Shown here one piece after another: positions 1 through 12,559 of a stretch of 64,000 nt of DNA. The position numbers and the translations under genes were made by a program. Each line of letters opens with the position of its first letter. The first letter of the stretch is position 1. Under the pieces are notes generated by a model. That model saw nothing but the letters and a program-made list of their open reading frames with translations, had not been told where the DNA came from and did not search any database. The stretch comes from Lophium mytilinum. Its lineage: Eukaryota. The stretch spans positions 472,323 to 536,322 of the forward strand of contig MU004194.1 of NCBI GenBank assembly GCA_010093605.1, written 5' to 3'.

Positions 1-312
1 TTATTTACTATAGTAGTAAACTCTATCTTATTAGTAACTATAGTATTAATAGTTATAGTACTATTACTATAATAGTTAAAAAGCTAAACTAGTAGCTATA
101 TATAGTGCTATAGGTTAGTTTCTTATAGTTTCTCTAGAATATCTATATACTTAGGTTTAGTATTTAAAACCTATTTAGTCTTATAATATATAACTAGAAT
201 AGAGGCTTATTAGTCTACTATAGATACTTAGTAATAAGTAGCGTATAGATTACTACTATTAGCTTAGTAAGGGTTATATATATTATCTTCTATAATAAAT
301 TAGATAGTGCGC

Positions 313-483
313 TATTATAACCCGTAATACTAAGAACTTAATTACTAAGGTATTTAAGAAAGTAAGTAAGTAGATTAGATTAGTTACGCATAATCTATAT
401 ATAGGACCCAGGGGTATAAGAATCTAACGCCTTAGCGTGCTAGATTTCCCTACCTAGCTATAAGATTATAAGATAGAAAGTTA
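313..483 (+). repeat. 5' LTR, first segment (upstream of LINE insertion)
   Basis: Aligns by eye with 13193-13363, differing by transitions; begins TATTATAA (RIPed TGTTACAA-like terminus). Confidence 0.93.
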
Positions 484-559
484 AAAAAACATAATGCAAT
501 TAAATTCGCAGCACCTTAGAAATACGACCTAAGGAGGGCCCCTAGGGGCTACTTAAGGC

Positions 560-2365
560 CCTATAAACATTTGCACGCAGTATTAGAGCTCTATAAGCCG
601 TGCTAGCGGCGTTGTAGTAGAATTACGCATTGTAACCCCTATTATGCAGCATTATTAATAATAATAATAATAATAATAACACTACTAACAACACTAATAA
701 TAACTCTAAAACTAAACCTACTAACTAAAGACTAAGTAGAATGTCTACGCTAACGTCTAAGCGCTTGTTAAAGAAGCCTATAGTATATAGAACTCCCTAT
801 AGAATAAGCCTATATCCTTTAACCCTAAGATAAACAACGCCCTTAAGTACCTCTAGAACTTCGCCGGGCGCGTACTAGCTAGCCTCTTAGGCACTGCGGA
901 GGACCTATAATAAACGCTATAGAGGAAGATAATAAAGATAATAGAGAAAATATAGAAGGGCGTATAGGCGCTATCTATATAAGAAATAACCTATGCAGCA
1001 GTAATAGTAGTAGAAAGGAATAGTAAGACTATAGAAAATAGGGAGTATATAATATAGACTACCCATAAAATTACTATATATATTAAGGATAAGGAGAAAC
1101 GCGCCGTAATAAATAAGGACTTAAACGTAACTATTACCTATAAGCTCTAAGCGGTAGGAGAGCCTAATATAATAAAGATCTACAGCGTTAGAAAGCTCTA
1201 GAGTGGAGACGTAAAGGCCTATATGCCGGACGCAACTGCTAAGGAAGCCCTATTAAAGAAGAAGGAATAGATAAAGGTTCTAGGCAAAATAGTATAAATC
1301 TAACTACCTAAGGTTCTTCTAGAGGTGCACGGAGTACCTAAAGAGATAGATCTAGAGGACCTAATACTATAAAGTAGTATTATATAAGATAATAAGGTAC
1401 TATACCTAGGCCTAGCTATATATAAGATTATATAGAAGTACCTAAATTAGATTTAGGCTATTAAGAATAACCCTAAACGGCGCGCCTTATTAGCTATAGT
1501 TACTATAGGTATAGAGGCAATAGTAAATAAGATTATAGATAGCGGGCTAGTATAGAATAGATATATACTAAAGGCTGTAAAGTATAAGGTAGGCTTTATA
1601 GCTACCTAATGCTTCTAATACTAGGGCTACGGGTACGTTGCTAGATACTATAAGAAGGAGGCGGTATACGCGGCGTGCGCAGAAGCTTATAATATAAAAT
1701 AATGCACGGAGGAGAGTATTAGAAAGTATATTAACTGTAAGAGAAGCTATCTATTATATAGTGCGGCGTGCACTATAAGAAAGAATACTTAACTAAAAGC
1801 TAATATAAAGAGGTGGGCAGCACTAACCCACTATAGGGCTAATAATAGCCCTAATAATAACACTAATAATACGCCGGGTATAGTAATATTCTAATCTATA
1901 ATAGAATTATAAGCTCTTAACGCAGTAAGTAGAAAGAGGAAGGCTACTAAGAATAGTAACGCACTAGACGGCAGCACTCTAAGGAGAGTAGAACGCCCCC
2001 CTATATCTACTATATTCGCCGCGCATAAGAACCTAAAATAACTAAAGATAAATAGAGTACTATAGTCTACCTATGCTATATAGACTACCTAATTAATATA
2101 TACTTTCTATTTAACGCAGCAGCCTAACTATAATAACCTATAGCCTTACTATAATAGCCCGCAGCCTTTCTATAGAACCCTGCAGCCTACCTATAAAATG
2201 CTATACTACTCTTAAATAATAACCTATAGTAATAACGCTAGACTATTATAATTTAACGTAACTTAGGTGCCGTCTACCTAGAAAGAAGAGGTAGCGAGCT
2301 ATTAGCTCTATGCTAAGGCTAGCTAGGCTGTAATAAATAACCCCGAAGACTCTATAGATACCTAA
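560..2365 (+). pseudogene. LINE ORF1 (gag-like) relic
   Basis: De-RIPed reading at ~1605-1775 gives three knuckles: QCFQCQGYGHVARYC, CAACAEAHNTKQC and CINCKxSHPxxSAAC. Boundaries approximate. Confidence 0.8.
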
Positions 2366-5300
2366 TGTTAGGGCAACCTAATATACTTACTATTATATAG
2401 TATAACATTAATAAGAGCTAAGAGACCTAAAGGGAGTTCCTTAAGAAGGTAGAGGCGGCCTAGCCCTAGCTATTAGTACTAGCTATATAAGAACTATAGA
2501 AGAATATCTAGAAATATACCTTACTATATATAAAATTATACTACCTACTATATAGAGGAAGCCTAAAAGCTAGAATATATATATATATTAATAAATACCT
2601 AAACCTAGGCTAATAGACTATAGAGTACTACTTACTAGACCTTATTACCTTCTCCCTCTAGGCCGGAGGAGAGGATATTTAAATTTATAATATCTATAAC
2701 CTAAAGCTATATAGAATTATAGCTACGCTGCCCCCTATACTATATAAGGAGGTAGAGTATATACTTATAGGCGATATAAACCTATACTACCTGTTCTAGA
2801 AAGAAATACGGGTAATTAGTGTAGAAGAGTAAGCTAAGAAGCTTATTTGCATTATAATAGAAGTAGGCCTAACCCTAGCTATAGAGAAGGGCATAGAAAT
2901 ATAGGCAAGAGAAATGTAGTAGACTATAATTAACCTTATATTTATATCTAAATAGCTAATAGAATATATAACGTTCTATATAGTTTAAGAGGAGTAGAAC
3001 TATTACTTAAACTACCGCCCTATATATATAGAATTTAATATTATACTACTACTAGTAACTAAATAGCCCCTACGCCGGCTATAGAAGAATATTATATAGA
3101 AGGACGTATAGAAGCACCTTNNNNNNNNNNNNNNNNNNNNCTATAGTACTAATAGCATAGCCCTTATAGCACGCATTACTATTCTAGACCGAGGAGTATT
3201 TAGAGGAGGTGTATAAGACTAGGCGGGTGTATAGAATATAGCGCTTATTACACTCTATAGAGAACTAGATATTATACCGGGTTTAGTATAACTATAAGAA
3301 AAGAGCTATATAGAAAGAGAGTACTAAGATATAGTACTATATAGTAGAGAAGGTAATAAATAACTTTAAAGGGGTATAGAAACTAGCTAAATAGGGCCGC
3401 ACGGTTAGAAAGAAATTAAGGCCCCCTCCTTAATTTCCCCTTCTCTCCTAGCTAGGTAACTCTACCCTGCATGTAGATAATAAGATAAAAGTATATATAC
3501 TTATTAAACAGTTCTTTCTACTACTAGTAGAAGCTAACCTATCTAATCTAGAAGGGTTCTAATACCTAGAACTATATACTACCTCTATAGAAGTTACTAT
3601 AGAAGATGTACTTTTAGTACTAATAGAAATTGCGCTGGATAAGGCCCCTAAAATTATAGAAATTATAAATAGATTTCTAAAGAAGTATAAGATGCAACTA
3701 GTACTAGTGCTTACCTGCTTCTTTATAAAGTGCCTATATAGAGGACACTACCCCCGCCTGTTTAAAGAATTAATTATAGTAGTTCTATATAAACCTTAGA
3801 AAGCGTTCTATATAATAGTAAAAGCCTATAGGCCTATTATACTGCTAGAAATAATAGGTAAGCTATTTAAATGTATTATAGCTAAGAGGCTCTCTAAGAT
3901 AGTAGAGGAAAAGGGTATGCTACTGCCTAGCTAAATAGGGGCACGGCCGGAACGCTTTATATAGATAGTACTTAAACTCCTTATAGAATAAATCTATACT
4001 ATATAGAAAGGAAACCTACGGCTTATAGTATTACTTCTTAGCCTAGATATATTAGAAGTGTTTAATTAAGTCTTATATAAATAAATAATATATAACCTAC
4101 GGGTCTAGAGTATACTAGAGTAGATAATAAGGTTTACTAGGTTCTTTCTATAAGACCGCATAACTAAGCTCTCTATAGGAAGCTATATAGTAGAACTAAT
4201 TGCAGTTACTATAGGTATTCTATAGGGCTTCTTTCTATTGCCTATTCTCTTTCTCTTCTTTACTAGTATACTACTGCTAACCCTTTAGAATAGTAATATA
4301 ACGGCCTACAGGTTTATAGATAATATAAATATTCTTATATATAGTAGAACTATAGAGGCGAACTATAGGGCTATTAAGAGAGCCTATAATAGATGCATGG
4401 AATAGGTAAGAAAGTATAGCGTAGTATTTATACTAGATAAATATTACCTAATATACTTTATAAGAGCCTGTAAAGGAGTTAACCTAAGAGCTATAGTTAA
4501 TATATAAGGCTTTATAGAGGGCCCTATAATAGACCTAAGAGTACTAGAGGTATAGATAGACTTAAAGCTTAAATAGGGCCCGTATATTAGCATTATAAAG
4601 AATAAAGCTATAACCTAGATAGAGGCACTTACGCGGCTTATAGCATCTACCTAGGGCGCCAGCTTTAGAAAAGCACGCCTAATATACTTAGTAGTAGTCC
4701 GGCCTACTATTATATATAGATGCACTACCTAGTATACTATACTAGGCATGCTAGAGTAGCTTAGTAAAATAAAGATTAAGCAGCTTAAAATAACCTAGAA
4801 CTAATGCCTTTAGAGAATTTTAGGGGCCTATAAGACTATAAGTACTATAGTACTAGAATATAAAATATTATGCCTACTACTCTAGCTAAAACTAGAGGAA
4901 CTTATAGTAGCTTACGCGGACTATATATATAAAGGGCTAGCACGCCAGTATATTAAAATAGTATACAGTAATATATAATAGGAAATCTACACCCACTATA
5001 GGCTACTTATAAGGCTAAAGTACGGCCCTAGCCGCTGTAATATACTCTATAACCTTATAGTAAAGGCTATAAGGTTATATACTAGGTATAAAGATAAATT
5101 AGATAAAGCTTATAAGCGCTTAAGGCGATTTATAATTAAATATAAATATAAAGAAAGATAGAAGAAGGTATAAAAGTCCTTTTATAAAATAGAATAGCGC
5201 GGGCCACTAACGCCGGCCCTTAATACTAAATAGAGTAAATAATAGGAGACTATATATAAAGAGCTTATAAAGGTTAAAAGTACTATTCTTATAAATCTAT

Positions 5301-5600
5301 AAACGGAGTATATAGGGCTTAATAGATACCTGCACCGCATGCGGGTGCTAGGCTACCTAATACTAGCCTGCCTATGCGGGCACGGTCTCTAATTACTACG
5401 CTATATAGTAATAAACTGCAAGAGGTATATAGAGGGTAGAGGCGAACTATTTAAGAAAGTAAAGACTTAGACGTATAAGGAAATATATAAAAGTAAAAAG
5501 GGACCTAAGATAGTAGCTAGGTAGTTTCTATAGAAAATAGACCTGCTACTCTACCTCTTAATAGCGAGAGAGATAGAAAGGAAGTAGACCTAGCCCTCCT
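2365..5600 (+). pseudogene. LINE ORF2 relic (APE endonuclease, reverse transcriptase, C-terminal CCHC)
   Basis: De-RIPed motifs QYNINKS, LAIQEPW, GDMNLHHPFW, TIDL, SDHRPI (APE); AYRPIALLETIGKLFE, QMGARPERST, LSLDMSGAFD, GIPQGSxLSPILF, GFVDD at ~4310-4325 (RT); CPCGHG...HIVMNC at ~5368-5420. Contains a 20-N gap. Boundaries approximate. Confidence 0.88.
3121..3140. other. Assembly gap (20 N)
   Basis: Run of n inside LINE ORF2. Confidence 1.
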
Positions 5601-5608
5601 ACTTAATA

Positions 5609-5770
5609 CTATAGCCCTGCTATTACCTATAGCCTTACTATAACTAATAGCCTTGCTATAACTAATAGCCTTACTATTACTAATAGCCTTACTATTACCT
5701 ATAGCCTTACTATTACCTATAGCCTTACTATTACCTATAGCCTTGCTATTACCTATAGCTTTGCTATTAC
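5609..5770 (+). repeat. 18-bp tandem repeat x9 in the LINE 3' region
   Basis: Unit consensus CTATAGCCTTACTATTAC, nine contiguous copies, no spacers. Confidence 0.92.
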
Positions 5771-6657
5771 CCCCAACTACACTATAGCGGGCCTTAGCGC
5801 CCCCTCTTAACTAGTACTTAGTATAGATAGTTAGCTTTAGGTCTCTACTATATACTCTATAATGTATACTTTCTATATACTTTCTATCTCTTATAGCCCT
5901 TCTATTTCTAAATAGCCTACCTACTTTATAATAGTATATATACGCGGCTCCCTTCCTTCTACTATTAGTTAGTTATACTATAAGGGCTTATACTTACTAT
6001 AAGCAGCTATATACTTTCTAATTATAGACTATAAACTATATACTCTATACTCTTAGCCCTTCTATAGCTATTAGCTATACTATAGAGGCTTATATATGCT
6101 ACTATAGCTATAAACTCTATATAGCTGCTTGCAGCCCTTCTACTCTTATAGCCTGCCTATAAACTATATACTTTCTATATATCTCTACTATATACTACCT
6201 ATATACTGCGTAGCCTTTCTATCTCTAATAGCCTATACAGCTACTATTTATTTTACCTTATTACCTTAAATAAAGGCCCTGTAAGCGCACTACTTACACG
6301 CGGGCCCTTACACTAATTCTATACTAGCCTCGCATCCGGATTCTACTCGGCCTAAACCTAGGAGAATAATAATAAACCTTCCCGGATAGATATAGGAAGA
6401 CGCATTTTAATAGCTTATTCTATAGTAGTTTTTATAGACCTACTATATATCCCCTATAGTAAAATATAAAGAAGAAGGGCGCCTAACGCTAGATATAATA
6501 GAGGACGAGGTTTTTACCTAAATGCTGCCCGGTAGCAAACGGTTTCCCCTTATAAATTAGCCTAGATAGAATAGCTATATGGACCCTAACGGGAGCTATA
6601 CTAGCATAATAGAATTTAATAAAATAATAATAAATAAAATAATAAGATAGAAAGTTA

Positions 6658-6959
6658 TATAATAGATTAGAAGAATTATAATAATCTAGAAGGATCTAGA
6701 TTAAGGGGATTAAGATAATCTATATAATCTATAGATTTCTTAGAAGTTATCTTTTATATTTAAGTATACTTATTCTTATAGATAGAAACCTTATATTTAA
6801 CTTAATATTAGTAACTTATACCTACTAATAAGTAACCCCATCTTATACCTAAGATTAATTTACCTTCTATTTTAAATAATATTACACCTCTATAAAGACT
6901 TAAACTATACTCCGCCTTATATAAGTACTTAAAGAGTATAGAAAAAATAACCTATTATA
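6658..6959 (+). repeat. 5' LTR, second segment (downstream of LINE insertion)
   Basis: Aligns with 13364-13665; 171+302 bp equals the 473-bp 3' LTR. Confidence 0.93.
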
Positions 6960-7059
6960 CTTTAAATACTACTATATTAGAGGATTATATATAAATACCT
7001 AATTAAGATAGTACTACTATAAACCCCTTAAAGAAGTACTACCTAAGGCCCTATACTAA

Positions 7060-8545
7060 TAATAGCTAATATAGTAGAATAAATATAAACGCTACTTACT
7101 TAGGTCTAATAGTTAGAACTCTAGAATAAGACTAAAAATAAGAAGATTCTAGCTCTCTAGGGCTACCTCTAGGCTATTTAAGAGGAGGTTATAACTAGTA
7201 AGGTAACTAGTAGCTATAAAGAATATAAGATAAAGAAACCTAAGAAGTTCTTAGGTAATAGAGAAACTCTATAAGCCTTCTTAATATAGATAAAGCTATA
7301 CCTACTTAATAATAGTAATAACCTTATATTTAAGTTAGATAAGGTTTATATAGTAGTAACCTTTCTTAAAAAAGAAGCGTTTAACTAGTTTAATCTAGTA
7401 CTTATAGACTAGCTCTATACTACTAAACTAGTAGAAAGAAAAATAGAGACTAATAATATATTTAGTAACTACTAAAACTTTAAAATAGTGCTCTAAACTA
7501 CCTTTAGAGATATTAATAAAACCTAAACTATAGAATAATAAATTAAGAACCTAAAATAGCGTAACTTAGCTAGCTGCTATACCTTAAAGTTTATATAGAT
7601 ATCCTTAAAGCTAGTATAGAGAGATAAAGCTCTAGTAGTATAGTACTATAGAGGTCTTAAAGAAGATATTAAAAATAAAATTACTAGAAGTAATAGACTA
7701 GTAATAGTCTATAGACTTTAGAAGATAGTAATTTATATTAATAATTAATAATATAAAAGGCATATAGAGAAAACTAACTATAAGGGCCTACGCCCCTATA
7801 TACTAGTATATAAGAGAAAAATAGTTATATACTACTCTAGAAAACTAATAAAACTAGACTATACTAAATAATATAAGAAATATAAGTACTAACTACTATT
7901 AGATAAAGAAAAATAGGAATAATATAAGAAGGGCGCGTACCTATAATGCGGAGAGATAGGATACTTTATAAATAAGTGCCCTAAGGGTAATAATAACTAA
8001 ATAGTAGTAGTAATAATAAAGACGCCTAAAGTTAGCTATAAGGCTATATTATAGACTGCGTACTATAATAATAACTACTTTACCTACTAATCTAATAAGT
8101 AGAAATTAGGCTACTACCTATATAAACCTAAGGAAATATATACTATAGCTATAATAACTAATAAAGAGTATATTAATAAGAATAACTGCCTTAATAACTA
8201 CTATACTAATATAGAGTGCAATAAAATAAAAGTTAATTACCTAGAAATAGAAGGATTATATAAGATAATTAGCTTACTACTTAAATAAGTAACTAGAGTT
8301 AAGATAGAATAGAAGATAGACTCTAATAGTAGTATAAAACTAGAATCCCTAGAGATATAATAGGCTATTAATAAGGTTATATAATAGTACTTCTTACTAT
8401 AACTAGAATATAGAGAATAAGCTCTACTTAAAATAGTTATAAGCAACTACTATATACCTAGAACTTTTAACCTAGAGTAAAAACCCTCTAGTAAGAAAGA
8501 ATAAAAGGATTTAAAATAGACTAGTAATAGAGAAATTAGCCTAGC
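7060..8545 (+). pseudogene. Gypsy gag relic with CCHC zinc knuckle
   Basis: 7938-7979 de-RIPs to CLQCGEIGHFxNxC; truncated by the assembly gap; start approximate. Confidence 0.8.
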
Positions 8546-9470
8546 NNNNNNNNNNNNNNNNNNNNNNNNNNNNNNNNNNNNNNNNNNNNNNNNNNNNNNN
8601 NNNNNNNNNNNNNNNNNNNNNNNNNNNNNNNNNNNNNNNNNNNNNNNNNNNNNNNNNNNNNNNNNNNNNNNNNNNNNNNNNNNNNNNNNNNNNNNNNNNN
8701 NNNNNNNNNNNNNNNNNNNNNNNNNNNNNNNNNNNNNNNNNNNNNNNNNNNNNNNNNNNNNNNNNNNNNNNNNNNNNNNNNNNNNNNNNNNNNNNNNNNN
8801 NNNNNNNNNNNNNNNNNNNNNNNNNNNNNNNNNNNNNNNNNNNNNNNNNNNNNNNNNNNNNNNNNNNNNNNNNNNNNNNNNNNNNNNNNNNNNNNNNNNN
8901 NNNNNNNNNNNNNNNNNNNNNNNNNNNNNNNNNNNNNNNNNNNNNNNNNNNNNNNNNNNNNNNNNNNNNNNNNNNNNNNNNNNNNNNNNNNNNNNNNNNN
9001 NNNNNNNNNNNNNNNNNNNNNNNNNNNNNNNNNNNNNNNNNNNNNNNNNNNNNNNNNNNNNNNNNNNNNNNNNNNNNNNNNNNNNNNNNNNNNNNNNNNN
9101 NNNNNNNNNNNNNNNNNNNNNNNNNNNNNNNNNNNNNNNNNNNNNNNNNNNNNNNNNNNNNNNNNNNNNNNNNNNNNNNNNNNNNNNNNNNNNNNNNNNN
9201 NNNNNNNNNNNNNNNNNNNNNNNNNNNNNNNNNNNNNNNNNNNNNNNNNNNNNNNNNNNNNNNNNNNNNNNNNNNNNNNNNNNNNNNNNNNNNNNNNNNN
9301 NNNNNNNNNNNNNNNNNNNNNNNNNNNNNNNNNNNNNNNNNNNNNNNNNNNNNNNNNNNNNNNNNNNNNNNNNNNNNNNNNNNNNNNNNNNNNNNNNNNN
9401 NNNNNNNNNNNNNNNNNNNNNNNNNNNNNNNNNNNNNNNNNNNNNNNNNNNNNNNNNNNNNNNNNNNNNN
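8546..9470. other. Assembly gap (925 N), probably covering the retrotransposon protease
   Basis: Run of n between the gag and RT relics. Confidence 0.95.
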
Positions 9471-12400
9471 CGCTAGAATAAGCCTAAGTAAAAATTAGAG
9501 ATTAATATAATATTCTTAAGAGGCATATAGAGGGCCTAAAAAAAAGAATAAATAGTAGACTAATTCTAGTACTAACCTATAAATCTTAATAACTAGTAGC
9601 TAGCTAAGGTAGCTAGAGTACTAGATATACTAAGAGTATATAAAGAATTTAGAGAAATCTTCTAGAAAAAGGTTTAGAATATATTACTAAAGTACTAATC
9701 TTAGAATTACTAGATACCCCTAGAACTAGGTAAATAACCTAAGTTTAGACTAATCTATTTACTATTCTAGAATAAACTAGTAATACTTAAGAAATACCTA
9801 GATAAGAACCTAAAGTAAGGATTTATTTAACTATTAGAATTACCCGCAGGTTATCTAATAATATTTATTCTAAAGAAAGATAGTAAAATACGCCTCTATA
9901 TAGACTATAGATAGCTTAATAGTATTACTATTAAGAACTATTACCTTTTACCCTTAATCTTAGAACTAAAGGACTATTTATATAAGGTAAAATACTTTAT
10001 AAAGCTAGACCTCTAAAAGGGCTACTACCTTATAAGAATAAAGAAAGAAAAAGAATAGAAAATAGCCTTTAGAACCTAATATAGATACTTTAAGTATATA
10101 GTTATACTATTTAGTCTTATAAACGCGCTAGCTATATTTTAGGTAGTAGTAAATATAGCTCTATAGAAATACCTAGACTAGTTTATAGTAGTATATCTTA
10201 ATAATATTCTAATCTACTTAGAGAATAAAGAAGAATATAAAGAGCATATTAAGAAAGTACTAGAGAAACTTAAAAAATATAGTCTTATAGTTAAGCTAGA
10301 GAAATATAAGTTCTATATATAAAGAGTTAGATTTCTAGAATATATTATTAGTCTAGGTAGAATTAAGATAGAGGAAGCTAAAGTTATATTTATTATAGAA
10401 TAGCTAGAACCTAAGAACTTAAAGAAGTTATAGTTCTTTCTAGGTTTAGTAAACTACTATTAATAATTTATTAAGGGATACTTAAAGATTATAGAACTAC
10501 TTACTAGACTTATATAAAAGAATATAGAGTATTAATAGACCTTAAATGCCTAGATTATATTTAATAACTTAAAAGTATAGTTTACTTTAAGACTAGTATT
10601 AGTAATCTTTAATCTATAAAAACTAATAACTATTAAAAGTAATATATTAGATAAAGTATTAAAAGCTATACTTAACTAGCTAGATAAATAAGAAAAGATA
10701 CACCCTATAGCGTTCTATTCTAGAAAGCTAAGCCTAGCTAAGCTAAACTATAATATCTATAATAAGAAACTACTAGCTATAGTAGAGGTGTTTAAATAAT
10801 AGAGAGTTTACCTTAAAGAAGCCTTATATATAGTATAGATATATATAGATTATAAAAATCTAACCTACTTTATAATAACTAAGAAGTTAAACTAATAATA
10901 GGTTAGATAGTTAGAGAAACTAAAATCTTTTAACTTTAAGATTATATATTAAAAAGGATCTAAGAATACCTATATAAACGCACTAAGTAGAAGGCTAGAC
11001 TATATAGTAAAAGACTATAGTTAAGTACTAATAATACTATAGAAAATTAGTCCCGGAACTCTTAAATTTAACTACGTATAGCTAGCGGTAGCATACTAAG
11101 CTAAGAATGCAGAGTAGAAAAGAAGAATTAAGGAAATATAAGCTAATAACCTAGTAAGTTAATAATTATAAGAAACCTAAGATACTTAAAAATAGTTAAG
11201 GCTACTACTATTCTAAGAATAAGTACTTATATCTATAATTCTATAAGATAAGCTTATAAGAGACTTCTATAGCGTACTAGTGTATAGATACTAAGAAATT
11301 AATAAAATAGTTAAATAACTATCTAGAACCTTCTACTTTCTAGGCATGCGCTAAGTAGTAGAGAGAATTATTATAGAATATAAGTGCATAAAAAATAAGT
11401 TAGTATAATATATACTATATAGACTACTAAGGAGTCTACTAATACCTAAGAAAGTATAAAAATCTATAGTATAGAACTTTATAGTTAAGCTACTATAGTC
11501 TATAGAATCTATAATAGGTATAAAGTATAACGCTATATTAGTAATTATAGACTAATTAACTAAATATATATACTTTATACCTTATTAGAAATTATTAATA
11601 GTAGAAGATCTAGCCTATATATTTCTATAAGTAGTTATTAGTAACTATAGGCTACCTATAGAAGTTATTTTAGACTAAAATAAGCTCTTTATATTAAAAT
11701 TCTAGTAGACTCTTATTATATAACTAGAAATAAAGTATAAGCTCTCTACAGTATTCTACCCGCAAATAGATAGATAGATAGAAAGGCTTAATTAGACTTT
11801 AGAATAATATCTATAATACTATATTAACTATAAATAAGATAATTAGGTATTACTATTACTAATAGCCTAGTTTACTTATAATAGCGCATCTATAGAGATA
11901 ATAAAGGTATTACCCTTTTATATAAACTATAGTTTTAAGCTAGAGGTATATTAAGAACTATAAATTAGTAATATAAAGGCCTAGAGAGTATTACTTTCTA
12001 TTAAAAATATTAAAGAACTGTAAAAATAGCTATTAATAGATATCTAATTTCTAGCATAAAGGTTAGTATAGTATTATAACTAATATAGGCGTATTACTTC
12101 TACTTTTAAAAGGGGGGATAGAGTATACCTACTCTAAAAAAATATTAAGATAAAATAACTAAGTAGAAAACTTAACTATATTAAAATTAGACTATTTAAA
12201 ATCTAAGACATTATTAGCCTAGTAAATTATAAGCTTAGGCTACTACCTAAAATAAAGATATACCTAGTATTTTACGTCTTATTATTAGAACTAGCACCCC
12301 AGAACACTAAGCTAGAGAATAATATTAAGGTTAATAATAATAATAAATATAAGGTTAATAAGATTCTAGACTTAAGAATATAAGATTAGTAAATAGAGTA

Positions 12401-12550
12401 CCTAATTAAGTAGAAAGGATATAATACCTTAGAAAATATATAGAAACTAGAAAGCTACCTTAAAAAGTACTACTAGATAGTAATATAGTTCTATTACTAG
12501 AATCTAGAATAACTTAGAATAACAGTAATATTATATTAGCTAACTAAGTA
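9471..12550 (+). pseudogene. Gypsy pol relic: RT, RNase H, integrase, chromodomain
   Basis: De-RIPed motifs FVPKKDGKMRLCVDYRQLN, KLDL, WKTAFRTRYGHFEYxVMPFGLTNAP, VVYLDDILIYS (~10190-10220), HPVAFHSRKL, NYDIHDKELLAIV, WDFIVKLP, VDRLTK, STAFHPQTDGQTERLNQ, and chromodomain YEVDKILD...YLIKWKGYDTSENTWEP (~12348-12450). Confidence 0.92.
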
Positions 12551-12559
12551 GAATCTATT

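Larger units (their letters stand above)
484..6641 (+). mobile_element. Full-length non-LTR retrotransposon (Tad1-clade LINE), RIP-inactivated
   Basis: Flanked by the 16-bp TSD ATAAGATAGAAAGTTA (468-483 and 6642-6657); ORF1 with CCHC knuckles, ORF2 with APE+RT, A-rich tail at ~6618-6641. Confidence 0.93.

Noticed and set aside
5609..5770. CRISPR-like array
   Set aside because: Contiguous 18-bp units without unique spacers, inside a eukaryotic LINE, with no cas genes.
8237..8446. 69-aa minus-strand ORF
   Set aside because: Tyr/Ile/Leu/Ser-rich chance ORF antisense to the RIPed gag-pol region.
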